Origin: Chiloscyllium plagiosum
Taxonomy: Eukaryota
Direction: 5' to 3'
Assembly: GCF_004010195.1 (NCBI RefSeq)
Contig: NC_057759.1
Location: 7,841,910 to 7,890,978 of the forward strand
Length of the DNA: 49,069 nucleotides
Positions 11,531-23,803 of this stretch are shown here, piece by piece (position 1 is the first letter of the stretch; each line of letters starts with the position of its first letter). The position numbers and the translations under genes were made by a program. The notes below the pieces were generated by a model, which had not been told where the DNA came from, did no database searches, and saw only the letters and a program-made list of their open reading frames with translations.

Positions 11531-12016
11531 GCTAATTATACTAGTCACACTCTCCCAGTCTAGGCCCCTTAACCTTGAATGTTATGGCATTTCCAGTTGC
11601 TCACTTTTTAAAGGTTTCCCGTCTCAACTATCATCCCAGGGAGTATACACCAGGCCCCCACCAGCCTTCGGGTGAAAAGATTCTTTCTCGAAGCTCTTGA
11701 CCTCTTGCCCTTTGGTTTAAGATTATGCTCCCATGTTATTGACAAAGGGTAATGGCTGATTTCTGTTTACCCTGTCAATACACCTTATAATCTTGTACAC
11801 TTCAATCAAGTCCCTCGTCAACCTCCTCTCTTCCAAAGAAAGCAACCGGAGCTTATCTAGACTCTCTTCCCAGCTGAAATGCTCCATCTCAGGCAATATC
11901 CTGGTGAATCTCCTTTGTACCCCCTCCACTGCAGTAATATTCCTATGATAGTGTGGTGACCAGAACTGCACAGAGTTCTCTAGCTGTGGCTTAACTAACA
12001 TGATCTTTTTCCACGT

Positions 12017-12295
12017 ATGGAGTCAGCTATTACAAGGGGGCATAGCTTTAAATTAAGGGGTGGCAGGTATAGGACAGATGTTGGGGGTAGGTTCTTTACT
12101 CAGCGAGTCATGAGTTCATGGAATGCCCTGCCAGTAGCAGTGGTGGACTCTCCCTCATTATGGGCATTTAAGCGGGCATTGGATAGGCATATGGAGGATA
12201 GTGGGCTAGTGTAGGTTAGGTGGGCTTGGATCGGCGCAACATCGAGGACCGAAGGGCCTGTCCTGCGCTGTATTCTTCTATATTCTATGTTCTAT
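12017..12295 (+). mobile_element. Young 5'-truncated CR1 3' end
   Basis: TRGHSFKLRGGRYRTDVGGRFFTQRVMSSWNALP plus (ttctat/g)n tail. Confidence 0.88.
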
Positions 12296-12625
12296 CTCCC
12301 TGCTCTTAAAATCTGTGCTATGAGTTGTAAAGGCATGCGCCCATATCATGTTTTAATACCCTATTAACCTACCCTGCCATCTTCAGGGATCTGTAGACAA
12401 GCACCCCAGAATCCTTTTGTTCTCTAGTGTCTTCGATTACTTGCTTCTCTTGTTCCATTTTTCAAAGTATATCAACTCCCATTACTCAAGGTTAAATTCC
12501 ATCTACTCAATCCATTTATATCCTCTTGTAACCTAGCACCCTTGGCATCACGTCAACTACCTGACCAATCTTTGTCGTTGATTGTACTCGTTGATTGTAA
12601 TGATCTTGAATAAGGGTAAACATTT

Positions 12626-12917
12626 GGGCGGCACGGTGGCACAGTGGTTAGCACTGCTGCCTCACAGCGCCAGAGACCCGGGTTCAATTCCCGACTCAGG
12701 CGACTGACTGTGTGGAGTTTGCACATTCTCCCCGTGTCTGCGTGGGTTTCCTCAGGGTGCTCTGGTTTCCTCCCACAGTCAGGTGAATTGGCCATGCTAA
12801 ATTGCCCGTAGTGTTAGGTTAAAGGGATAATGTAGGGGTATGGGTGGTTTGCGCTTCGGCGGGTCGGTGTGGACTTGTTGGGCCGAGGGACCTGTTTCCA
12901 CACTGTAAGTAATCTAA
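12626..12917 (+). mobile_element. HE1-like SINE
   Basis: Full head gggcggcacggtggcacagtggttagc...gggttcaattccc, central domain and tail. Confidence 0.93.
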
Positions 12918-13564
12918 CTCATTTGGACTGTAGGTCCCTGGCCTATCTCTGTCACTCTTATTGTAAATTGAGCTGTCCTCTGGCACCTCCACTGTGGATC
13001 AGGGCCTCTGTAATTTCTATGCTTGTCTCCCAAAGCAACCTGAGATACACTTCGTATGTACCCTTGGATTTATCCAGTTTTAAATCTGCTAAAATCTCCA
13101 AAACCAACTCGCTACTTATATCAATCTGATCAAGAACTTCACAGTCTATCTTCTCAAATTCTGTACTGCATCCTCCTAAGTATTGACCAATGCGAACTAC
13201 TTATTTAATACTCTACCAATGTCCTCTGGCTTCATGCACATTTGGCCTTTACAATGCTCTTTCCCTGGTCATTCTCCTCCCCTTTGTATACTTGAGGAAT
13301 ATCTTGGGATTCTTCTAATCTTGTTTGTCAACATTTTCATATGCTGTCATTTTCCTCTCTTAATTTCTTGTGAGTTCCCACGTGCACTGTTCCAAGGCTT
13401 CCATTCCTTTGCATCTGTTACACGTCCCTCTTTTCAAGTCCTGAACAATCCCAGACATCCTTAATTTGTTGCTCCTACATTTCACACGCAAGGGAATATG
13501 TTTGGCCTGTACTCTTTCCTGGCATCCTTTTAACTGCCTCCCACTAAATCTGCTATAGGTTTAA

Positions 13565-14501
13565 CCACAACTACCCCAGTGGACTTGGACTCCAGTACCA
13601 TGCAGAGGACTCAAATCTCAATCATACCACCCAACCCAGGGAACTTAAACCTCCATTCCGCACAGAGGACTCTAACCTCAATCACACCCACCTACCCCAC
13701 TGCAACGTAGCGGATTTGAACCCCTGCTTGCCAGTGCGTTTGCAAAACTGTGTCTCTCAATTGAACTGATTACTGTTCGAGGAATCTGTAGAATAAAGAG
13801 CAATTGAATGGGGGTAGCCATCTCTGACACACAGGAATATCAAGAGGGACCAAGGTTTAAAATCTTACCTTGCGGGCCCATCCGTTTCAAGACCCCGGTG
13901 TTCCGGGTAGCTGTTGACACTGTCCGATCCTAACTATTCGTTTGGATCCTGCCGATTACGCCAATATTTTTGTCCCATTCCCCCCCCACCTCAGTCAAAG
14001 CAAAACGCTGAGACACAGTAGTTTTACCACCTCCATCTTTATTCTAGGTCCTGGAGGGAGAGAGAACAATCGCCCATTTGCACAGAGACATGAGTTCATT
14101 GTCTTCTCTGGAACAGCAGTTTCTCAATGAACTATGCAGTCATTCTACAGGGAGGAGCATCCAGAAAAGGCAACATACATATTGATTGGGTGATTATTAC
14201 AATCAACGAGTATCAATAGTAAAGATGAAGCCATCTGCTATTACACAAAGAATAACTGGCTTCACTTAATAAATACATTTCACCTTGTTAACTGATGTTA
14301 CATACTGAATGCCAACTCATCTTGTTAAATGGCTCTATATAATGCTTTTCCACCTTGTTAACCCATTACTCTTTCCTCTAGCACTCCATTATTAACTGTA
14401 AGTTCTTATCTGATCTGAGTCATGCTTAGCTGAACCTCTTGTTTCACAGAACTCAGAACTTAACGCTTTCCCTGCCTGCTTATACCCTATATACATTCTC
14501 A
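13565..14501 (-). mobile_element. Truncated ERV/LTR-retroelement 5' end: LTR (~13971-14501), PBS-Ser and leader
   Basis: On the minus strand: TGAGAA...GGGACA LTR-like unit with AATAAA (tttatt at 14038-14043), then TGGCGTAATCGGCAGGAT, splice donor AAG|GTAAGA (13863-13871) and leader repeats. Confidence 0.7.
13946..13963 (-). promoter_or_regulatory. Primer binding site complementary to the tRNA-Ser 3' end
   Basis: Plus strand ATCCTGCCGATTACGCCA versus vertebrate tRNA-Ser 3' end ATCCTGCCGACTACGCCA (17/18, reference recalled from memory). Confidence 0.8.
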
Positions 14502-14697
14502 TAGGGTAGGGGAATGGGTCTGAGTGAGTTACTTGTCAGAGGGTCGGTGTGGAGCTGTTGGGCTAAAAGGGCCTGTTTCCACATTATAGGGATTCTGTGA
14601 TAAAAGCAAGGAAGTATTGTTTCACCTCTACAAATCATTGGTCAGACCATATTTGGGATATTCTGTTCAATTCTGGGTCCTACTTTATTTTTACTTT

Positions 14698-15011
14698 GGG
14701 GCGGTATGGTGGCTCAGTGGTTAGCACTGCAGCCTCACAGCACCAGAAACCCAGCCTTGGGAGACTGTGCAAACTCCACACAGCCATGTCTGTGTGGCTT
14801 TCCTCCAGGTGCTCCGGTTTTGTCCCACAGTCCAAAGATTTGCAGGTTAGATGAATTGGTCAATACTAAATTGCCCATAGTGTTAGGTGCATCAGTCAGG
14901 GGTAAATATCGGGTAGGATAATGGGTGTAGGTGATGTGCTCTTCAGAGGATCGGTGTGGGCTTGTTGGGCCAAATGCCTTGTTTCCATAGTGTGGGGAGT
15001 CTAATCTAATC
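14698..15011 (+). mobile_element. HE1-like SINE (rearranged internally); a separate 3'-tail fragment lies at ~14503-14596
   Basis: gggcggtatggtggctcagtggttagc head and ctaatctaatct tail. Confidence 0.85.
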
Positions 15012-15021
15012 TTAAGGAAGA

Positions 15022-15315
15022 ATCATAGAATTCCTACGGTGTGTAAGCAGGCCATTTGGCCCATCTCGTCCTCACCAACCCTCTGAAGAACACCCGGTCT
15101 CCAAACATATCACTCCGCATTTATCATGGCCAATCCCCACCTACTTTGCATGTCTTTGGACTATGGGGGGGGGAAACCAGAGCAGCCAGATAAACCCAGA
15201 CACTGGGCGAATGTTCAAAACACATACAATCACATAATTGTCCTCGGCTGGAATCGAATCCAGGTTCTTGGCACTGTGAGGCAGCAGCACTAACCACTGA
15301 GCGGTCGTGCTGCCC
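15022..15315 (-). mobile_element. Older HE1-like SINE
   Basis: Reverse-complement head cagtggttagtgctgctgcctcacag...ggattcgattcc. Confidence 0.8.
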
Positions 15316-15799
15316 CACGATTAAAGCCTGGAGAGAATACAATGGAGATTTACTAGAGGCTCGGAATAGGGGATTTTTGATACAAGGAAAGATGAGAGAA
15401 ATTCTGCTCTTGGAACAGAAAAGGTTAAGAGGTGACCTTCTTAGGGAGAGAGAACAATTAAATGCGTGGCTTCAGGGGGTTAGTGTAGTTTAGGTGGGCT
15501 TGGATCGGCGCAACATCGAGGGCCCAAGGGCCTGTACTGCGCTGTATTCTTCTATGTTCTATGTTCTTGAGTTGTTCAAAGTAATTGACTATTTTGACAG
15601 GGTAATGAAGGATATTCTGTTTCCACTTGTTGGTTTGTCAGTAACTAGGAGTTGCAATTTGAAGATTGTCAGTAAGAGAGCTAACAGTGAGATGAAGTGA
15701 CATTTCTTTACTCAATTAAGAGTTGGAATTTGCTGTCTGTGAGAGTGCTGGAGGCGGTCTCCGTAGGCGGTTTCAAAAGAGAAATAAAAACCAAAATAA

Positions 15800-16855
15800 T
15801 TGTGGATGCTGGAAATCAGAAACAACAAGAGAAATTGCTGGAACAGCTCAAAAGGTCTGGCAGCATCTGTGGAGAGAAACAGTTAATGTTTTGGGTCCTT
15901 CCTCCATACTAATGGTAGCTGGGAAAATGTTGGTTTCTGTGTAGAAGATTGAATGGAGGGGGAGGCGTGTAAGGTGTAATCTGGTGGAGGTAGAGTCCAA
16001 AGAAAGAGAAAAATAATTGGACATGCAGAGGAATGGATAACGAGCTGGAGCACTGCAGCCATCCTGAGACAGATATTGGTGCTTCTTAACATGGAAGGTG
16101 TTTGGGCCCTTGGATACTTGGGAAGGATGAAGTAAAGAGACATGTGGGTTGAACTTTATGGGGATGCAGGGGACCTTGGGGGGTTGGTGTTGGGAGTGGA
16201 TCAGGGTGTCCCAGAGGGAACAGCTGCTGCAGACGGGGTAAAGGAGGGGAGGGGAATATGTTTGCTGGTGACAAGTTGCTAGAGATGGAGCCATGTTGCT
16301 GTTGAGGAAGGGAAGAGAGGGGTTGAGGGCCAGAGTCCAGGAGGATGGGTCAGACTTGGCTGAGAGCCCTATTAGCTATGGTGCTGGAGAATCCTCTGAT
16401 AAGGAAGAAAGTGGATATTGCGGTAGTCCTTTTGTTTGAAGCTGGCATCTGTGGAACAAATGTGATTGAGGTAGCGGAACTGGGAGAATGGAATAGGGCC
16501 TTTGTAGGTAACAGATTGTGAAGATATATAGTCAAAGTAATTGTTGTGGGCTTGAGTGGATATTGGTGGCCACCCCATCCCCAGAATTGAGAACAGACAT
16601 GTCAAGGAATGGAAAGGTGGAATCAGAGATGGACAAAATGAAGGTGAGCGTACGGTGGAAATTGGAAATGAAATCGACAAACGTTTCCAATTACAATGAG
16701 AGAGGGAAGCAGCGCCGATGACAATCAGTATACCGGCCAAAGAGTGGATGCAAGAACAGGACTGGAACAAGGAGTGTTCCACATACCCAACAAAGAGACA
16801 GCATAACTGGGACCCATGCGGGTACCCATGGCCACACCTTTGACCTGAAGAAAGT
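15800..16855 (-). mobile_element. Old Neptune-type PLE fragment (RT to pLTR)
   Basis: Reverse complement contains GVAMGTRMGPSYA-like sequence (~16800-16845), FLIRGF, and a diverged pLTR end near 15800-15900. Confidence 0.8.
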
Positions 16856-17061
16856 TTCAAAGAGAACTTGACGTGTATTTGAAAATAATGAATTTAGACA
16901 GCTACAGAATTTGCAGATATGGTCAGAGAAAGGCAGATGGAGTTCAAAGACTAGTAGTGCACCAATCAAATCACATCTGGAACACAGTGCCTTTTGCTTG
17001 CCTTTAGATAAATTAAAAGTTAGGCTCTAGGCTGTCTCCTTCAGGGGAATAGTCTGGTCCA

Positions 17062-18275
17062 TAATAGACCTCATCCTTACTCATCTGTATGTTGCAGATG
17101 GATCAGTCCATGACCGTATTGGTAAGAGTGACCACCACTCAGTCCTAAGTCTCACCTTCACATTGAGAATAGCCTGAGTCATTTTGTGTGGCATTATCAC
17201 CGTGCTAAATGGGATAGACTTCGAACAGATCTAGCAACTCATGACTGGGCATCTAAGGCATGCTGCACCATCTACAGCAGCAGAGTTGTACTCCAGCACA
17301 ATGGACAACCTCTTGGCCCAGCATTACCCCCACTCAACCGTCATCATTAAGCCAAGGAATACACCCTGCTTCAGTGGAAGGGCATGTCAGGAGCAGCAAC
17401 AGGCATAAGTAAAAATGAGGTATAAACCTGGTGAAGCGACTGTTTGTGTGCTGAACAGCATAAGCAGCAAGTAATAAACAGAGTTGAGCAATCCCACAAC
17501 CGAAGGATTAGATCTAAGCTCTGCAATCCTATCACATCTGGTTGTGAATGGTGGTGGACAATGAAACAATTTACTAGAGGAGGAGACTCCACAGATATCC
17601 CATCCTCAATGACAGAAGAGCTCAGTATTTCAGTGCAAAGATAGGGCTGAAGCACTTGCAACAATGGCCATTTCAGCCCCTTCCAGTGATCCCAAACATC
17701 ACAGATGCTCGTCTTCAGCCAATTCAATTCACTCTATATGATATCAAGAAATGGTTGGGTGCACTGGATGCTGCAAAGCTACAGATCCAGATGACATTGT
17801 GGCAGTAGTATTGATGATTTCTGTTCAAGAACTAGCACCCCAGGCAAAGTTGTTCTAGTACACCTGCAACTTTGGCACCTACGCAACAATGTAGAAAATT
17901 GCCCAGGTTTGTCTTGAAGACAAAAAGCAGAACAAAACCACCCTATTAGTCCACTTTTAATCATCAGTAACATGCTGGAAGGTGTAATGAACAGTGTTAT
18001 CAAGTAGCACCTGCTCAACAACAGCCTGCTCACTGATGCCCAGTTTGAGTTCTGCCAGGGGCACTCAGATTCGGACCTCATTACAGCCTTGATTCAGACA
18101 TGGACAAGAAAGCTGAATTCCAGAGGAGAGGTGAGAGTAACAGTTCCTGACATCAAGACTGTGCACAACCGAGTACGGCATCAAGGAGCCCTAACAAAAC
18201 TGGAATCAATGAGAATTAGAGGACAAACTCTCCACGATTGGAGTTATACCTGGCACATAGGAAAATGGTTGTGGG
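17062..18275 (+). mobile_element. Internal fragment of LINE family B (end of APE, start of RT)
   Basis: IGKSDHH motif and IRSKLCNPITSGCEWWWTMKQ; homologous to 20400-21560. Confidence 0.85.
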
Positions 18276-19204
18276 TATCGTGTTGTATAGTCATACAGCA
18301 TAGAAACCGGCTCTTTGCCCACGCTGTCTCAGCTGACCAACAAACACCATTTACCTGCAATACCTTCTTCGCTGTCCACTACACCTCCAATTTTGGTGTC
18401 ATCTGCAAACTTACTAAGCAGTGGACCTAGCACCTATCCTTGTGGCACACCTATCCGTGTAGCCCACTATGCCTAGCGTTTAAGTGCTAGTAGGCAATGA
18501 CCTAGTGGTATTAATGATGGATTATTAATCCAGAAACTCAAATAATGTTATGGGGACCTGTGTTCAAATCTCACCATGGCAGATGGTGGAATTTGAATTC
18601 AATAAAAGAAGTCTGGAATTAAGAATCTGCTGATCACTATGAAGTCGTTGTTGATTGTTGGAAAAACCTATCTGGTTCACTAATGTCCTTCAGGGAAGGA
18701 AATCAACCATCCTCACCTGGTCTGGCCTTCATGTACTTCCAGACACACAGCAATGTGGTTGATTCTCTGTTGCCCTCTGAAATGGCCTAGCAAGCCATTC
18801 AGTTGTACCAATTGCTACAAAGTCTCAAAGAAATTACGCCGGACAGATCATCTAGCATCATCCTAGGCATTGGAAAAGACAATAGTCCAGTTGACCCTGC
18901 AAAGTCCTCCTAGCTAACATCTGGGGGCTCGTACCAAAATTGGGAGAGCTCATGACAGACTAGTCAAACAACAGCTTGACATTGTCTGTGAGATATGATT
19001 CTATGAGTTTGACTATGTCCCAAACACCACCACTCCATCATTGCATATGCTGTGTCTTACTGACAGGACAGACCCTGCAGAGGTGGTGGCACAGTGGTGT
19101 ACAGTTGGGAGGGAACTTTTCTGGGAGTTCTTGACGTTGACTTCAGACAGCATGAAGTCCCGTGGTTTCAAGTTAAACATGGGCATTTGGATGTAGAACT
19201 GGTT

Positions 19205-20178
19205 TAAAGTAGAAGACAGAGTTGTTTTTCAGTCTGGAAGCCTTTGACTAGTGGTGTGCCACAAGGATAGGTGCTGGGTCCACTGTTTAGTAAGTTTGCA
19301 GATGACACCAAAATTGGTGGTGTAGTGGACAGCGAAGAAGGTATTGCAGAGTACAATAGAACCTTGGTCAGATGGGTCAACGGTCTAAGGAGTGGCAGAT
19401 GGAGTTTAATTTTGATGAATGTGAGGTGCTGCATTTTGGGAAGCACATCTTAGCAGGACTGATACACTTAATGGTAAGGTCCTAGGGAGTGTTGCTGAAC
19501 AAAGAGACCTTGGAGTACAGATTTATAGCTCTTTGAAAATAGAGTCAAAGGTCAATAAGATAGTGAAGAAGGCATTTAGTATGCTTTTCTTTATTGGTCA
19601 GAGTTTTGAGTATAGGAGTTGGGAAGTCCTGCTGTGGCTGTACAAGATATTGGTTAAGCCACTTTTGGAATATTGTGTGCAATTCTGGTCTCCATCCTAT
19701 CAGAAGGATGTTGTCAAACCTGGAAGGGTTCAGAAAAGGTTTACAAGGATGTTACAGAGTTGGAGGATTTGAGCTAGAGGGAGAGGCTGAATAGGCTAGG
19801 GTTGTTTTCCCTGGAGTATTGGAGGTTGAGGGGTGACCTTATGGAGGTTTATAAAATCATAAGGGGTGTGGACAGTGTGAATAACCAAGGTCTTTTCCTT
19901 GGGGTGGGGGAGTCCAAAACTAGAGGGCGAGAGGAGAAAGATATAAAAGGGACCAAAGGGGCGGCAACTTGATGCAGAGTGTGGTGCGTATATGGAATGA
20001 GCTGCCAGAGGAAGCGGTGGTGACTGGTACACCTGCAACATTTAAAGGACATCTGGATGGGTATATTCAAATGGAGGGTTTAGTGGGATATGGCCCAAGT
20101 GCTGGCAAATGGGACGAGATTAGGTTGAGATATCTGTTTGGCATGGTCTGTTCCCGTGCAGTACATCTCTATGACTCG
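19205..20178 (+). mobile_element. CR1 3' half inserted into the family B LINE
   Basis: SKFADDTKIGGVVDSEEG; LEYCVQFWSP; WNELPEE; 3' tail. Confidence 0.9.
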
Positions 20179-22208
20179 AAAACCAGTTGATTATCATGTA
20201 CCATCCTCCCTCAGCTGGTGAACAACGCTTGGAGAAAGCACTGAGGATGGCAAGGTCACAAAATATATTTTGAGTGGGGGATTTTAATGTCCTCCACTAA
20301 GTGTGGCTTGGCAGTAGTACTACAGATTTAACTGGTCGGGTCCGAAAGGAAATAGCTGCTTGACTTAAGGAAGCAACATCACAGAAATATCTATTTGACC
20401 TTGTCCTTACCAATTGTCCATGACAGTATCGGTAAGAGTGACCACCACGCAGTCCTTGTGGAGATGAAGTCCTGCCTTGATAGTGAGAATACCATCCATC
20501 GTGTTGTGTGGCACTGTCACCATGCTAAATGGGACAGATTTCAAACAGATGTAGCAACCCAAACCTGGGCATCCATGAGGCACTGTGGGCCATCAATAGC
20601 AGTACGATAACCTCATGGCCTTGCATATTCCTCACTCAACTATTACCATTAAGTCAGGGAATCAACCCTGGTTCAGTGGAGAGTGCAGGAGGGCATTGCC
20701 AGGAGCAGCACCATGCTTGCCTGAAGGTGAGGCATCAGCCTCCTAAAGTCACCAAACAGGACTGCCTGCACCCTAAATAGCATCAACAGCATATGATAGA
20801 GCTAAACAATCCTATAACCTATCAGATCTAAGCTCTGCAGTCCTTCCACATCCGGTTGTGAATGGTGGTCTATTAAACAACTCACTGGAGGAGGAGGGTC
20901 CACAGATATCCCAAACCTGAATGATGGAAGAGCCAGCACATCAGTGCAAAAGATAAGGCTGACTTTTTCGCAGCAATCTTCAGCCAGAAGTGCCGAGTGG
21001 ATGATCCATGTCCGCCTTCTCCAGTGGTCGTCAGCTTGACAGCTAAGAGTCTTTAACCAATTCGACTCACTCCACATTAAATCAAGAAACAGTTGGAGAC
21101 ACTGGATCCTGTAAAGGCTACGGGCCATGACAACATTCTGGCAATAATATTGAAGACTTATGCTCCAGAACTTTGTGTCCCCTAGCAGCTGTTCCAGTAC
21201 AGTTACAACAGTGGTATCTACCCAACAATGTGGAATATTGCTCAAGTATGTTTCCTACATAAAAAGCAGGACTACTCTCGATTATCGATAAAGTGATAAA
21301 GATGTCATCAATGGTGACTTCAAGCAGCACCTGCTCAGAGATGCCCAATTTGGATACGGCCAAGGCCACTTAGCTCTGGAACTCATTACAGCCTTGGTCC
21401 AAACATGAACAAAAGAGCTGAATTACAGAGGTGAGAGTGACAGCCCTTGACATCAAGGCTGATTTTGACTGAGTGTGGAGCCCTAACAAACTGGAATGAA
21501 TGGGTATTGGGGCAGACTCCAGTGATTGGAGTCATACATGACACATAGGAAGATGATCCTGGTTGTTGATGTCTGAGATCTCGGCCCCAACGTATTTCTG
21601 TAGGAGTTCCTCTGGATAGTGTCCCTGGCTCTACCATTTTCAGCTGCGTCATCAATGACCTTCCCTTCATCTTCAGGTCAGAGGTGGGCATATTCGCTGT
21701 TGATTACACAATCTTCAGCACTGTTCATGACTCCTCAGGTACGAAACAGCCCATGTTCAAATGCAACAACATCTGGACAATATCCGGGCTTAGGCTGACA
21801 AGTGTCAAGTAACATTTGTGCCACACAAATGCGAGGCTATGACCATTATGAATAAGAGACAATTTAACCACTGCTCCATGGTATTCAATGATATTGCCAT
21901 CACTGAAATCGCCACAATCAACATCCTTGGGGTTTATCATTTAACGGAAACTCAATTGGGCTGACCACATAAATACAGTGGCTGCAAGAGTAGGCCAGAA
22001 GCTAGGAATACTGCAGTGAATAACTCCTCTCTAGACTCCTAAAAACCTGTCCACCATCTACAAAGCACAAGTCAGGAGTGTGATGGAATGCTTTCCACTT
22101 CTCTTATGAGTTCAGCCCCAATAACACTCACAAGAAGCTTAACACCATCCAGGACAAAGCAGCCTGCTCAGTTGACACCATTCCCTCCACCACCAATACT
22201 CAGGAGCA

Positions 22209-23803
22209 GCATAGAGTTATAGAGATGTACAACATGGAAACAGACCCTTCAGTCCAAACTGTCCATGCCGACCAGATATCCCAACCAAATCTTGTCCCAC
22301 CTGCCACACCCGGCTCATATCCCTCCAAACCCTTCCTATTCATATACCCATCCAAATGCCTCTTAAATGTTGCAATTGTATCAGCTTCCACCACTTCGTC
22401 TGGCAGCTCATTCCGTACACGTACCACCCTCTGTATGAAAAAGTTGCCCCGTAGGTCTCTCTCATATCTTTCCCCTCTCACCCTAAACCTATGCCCTCTA
22501 GTTCTGGACTCCCCGACCCCAGGGAAAAGACTTTGCCTATTTACCCTATCTATGCCCGTCATAGTTTTGTAAACCTCTATAAGGTCACCCCTCAGCCTCC
22601 GAAGTTACAGGGAAAACAGCCTCAGCCTGTTCAGCCTCTCCCTATAGCTCAAATNNNNNNNNNNNNNNNCACTATCCTATCTACCTGCGACTCCACTTTC
22701 GAGAAGCTATGAACCTGCACTCCAAGGTCTCTTTGTTCAGCCACACTCAATAGGACTTTACCATTAAGTGTAGAACTCCTGCTAAGATTTGCTTTCCCAA
22801 ATGCTGCACCTCGCATTTATCGGAATTAAACTCCACCTGCCATTTCTCAGCCCATCTGGTCCAGATTCTGTTGTAACTGAGGTAACCCTCTTTGCTGTCC
22901 GCTACTCCTCCAATTTTGGTGTAATCTGCAAACCTTACTAACTGTACCTCTTCTGCTCGCATCCAAATCGGCACCAATCCTTGTGGTACTCCACTGGTCA
23001 CAGGCCTCCAGTCTGAAAAACAACCCCCCACCACCACCCTCTGTCTTCTACCTTTGAGCCAGTTCTGTATCCAAATGGCTAGTTCTCCCTGTATTCCATG
23101 AGATCTAATCTTGCTAATCAGTCTTCCCATGGGGAGCCTTGTCGAACGCCTTACTGAAGTCCATATAGATCGCATCTACTTCTCTGCCCTCATCAATCCT
23201 CTTTGTTACTTTCTCAAAAAACTCAATCAAGTTTGTGAGACATGATTTCCCATGCACAAAGCCATGTTGACTATCCCTAATCAGTCCTTCCCTTTTCAAA
23301 TACATGTACATCCTGTCCTTCAGGATTCCCTCCAACAACTTGCCCACCACCGACATCAGGCTCACAGGTCTATAGTTCCCTGGCTCGTTCTTACCACCTT
23401 TCTTAAACTGTGGCACCACGTTAGCCAACCTCCAGTCTTCTGGCACCCCACCTGTGCCTATCGATGATACAAATATCTCAGCAAGGGGCCCAGCAATCAC
23501 TTCCCTAGCTTCCTATAGAGTTCTCTGGTACACCTGATCAGGTCCTGGGGATTTATTCACCTTTACCCGTTTCAAGACATCCAGCACTTCCTCCTCTGTA
23601 ATCTGGACATTTTGCAAGATGTCACCATCTATTTCCCTACATTCTATATCTTCCATATCCTTTTCCACAGTAAATATTGATGTAAAATACTCATTTAGTA
23701 TCTCCCCTATTTTCTGTGGCTCCACACAAAGGCCGCCTTGCTGATCTTTGAGGGGCCCTATTCTCTTCCTAGTTACCCTTTTGTCCTTAATGAATTTGTA
23801 AAA
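22209..23803 (-). mobile_element. 5'-truncated CR1 (RT and 3' end)
   Basis: NYRPVSL, QHGF, YMDFSKAFDK, GVPQG, FADYTK and TRGHRFRVRG motifs. Confidence 0.93.
22655..22669. other. Small assembly gap
   Basis: 15 N. Confidence 1.

Larger units (their letters stand above)
11200..13560 (-). mobile_element. Mosaic of decayed minus-strand CR1 sequence hosting several younger insertions
   Basis: LVKPQLENSVQFWSPHY...QRRFTRILP...RLTRDLIEVYKII (11723-12001) plus degraded flanking pieces. Confidence 0.7.

Noticed and set aside
12626..12700. tRNA gene-like sequence
   Set aside because: It is the head of a multi-copy SINE and continues into the SINE body and tail; not a stand-alone tRNA.
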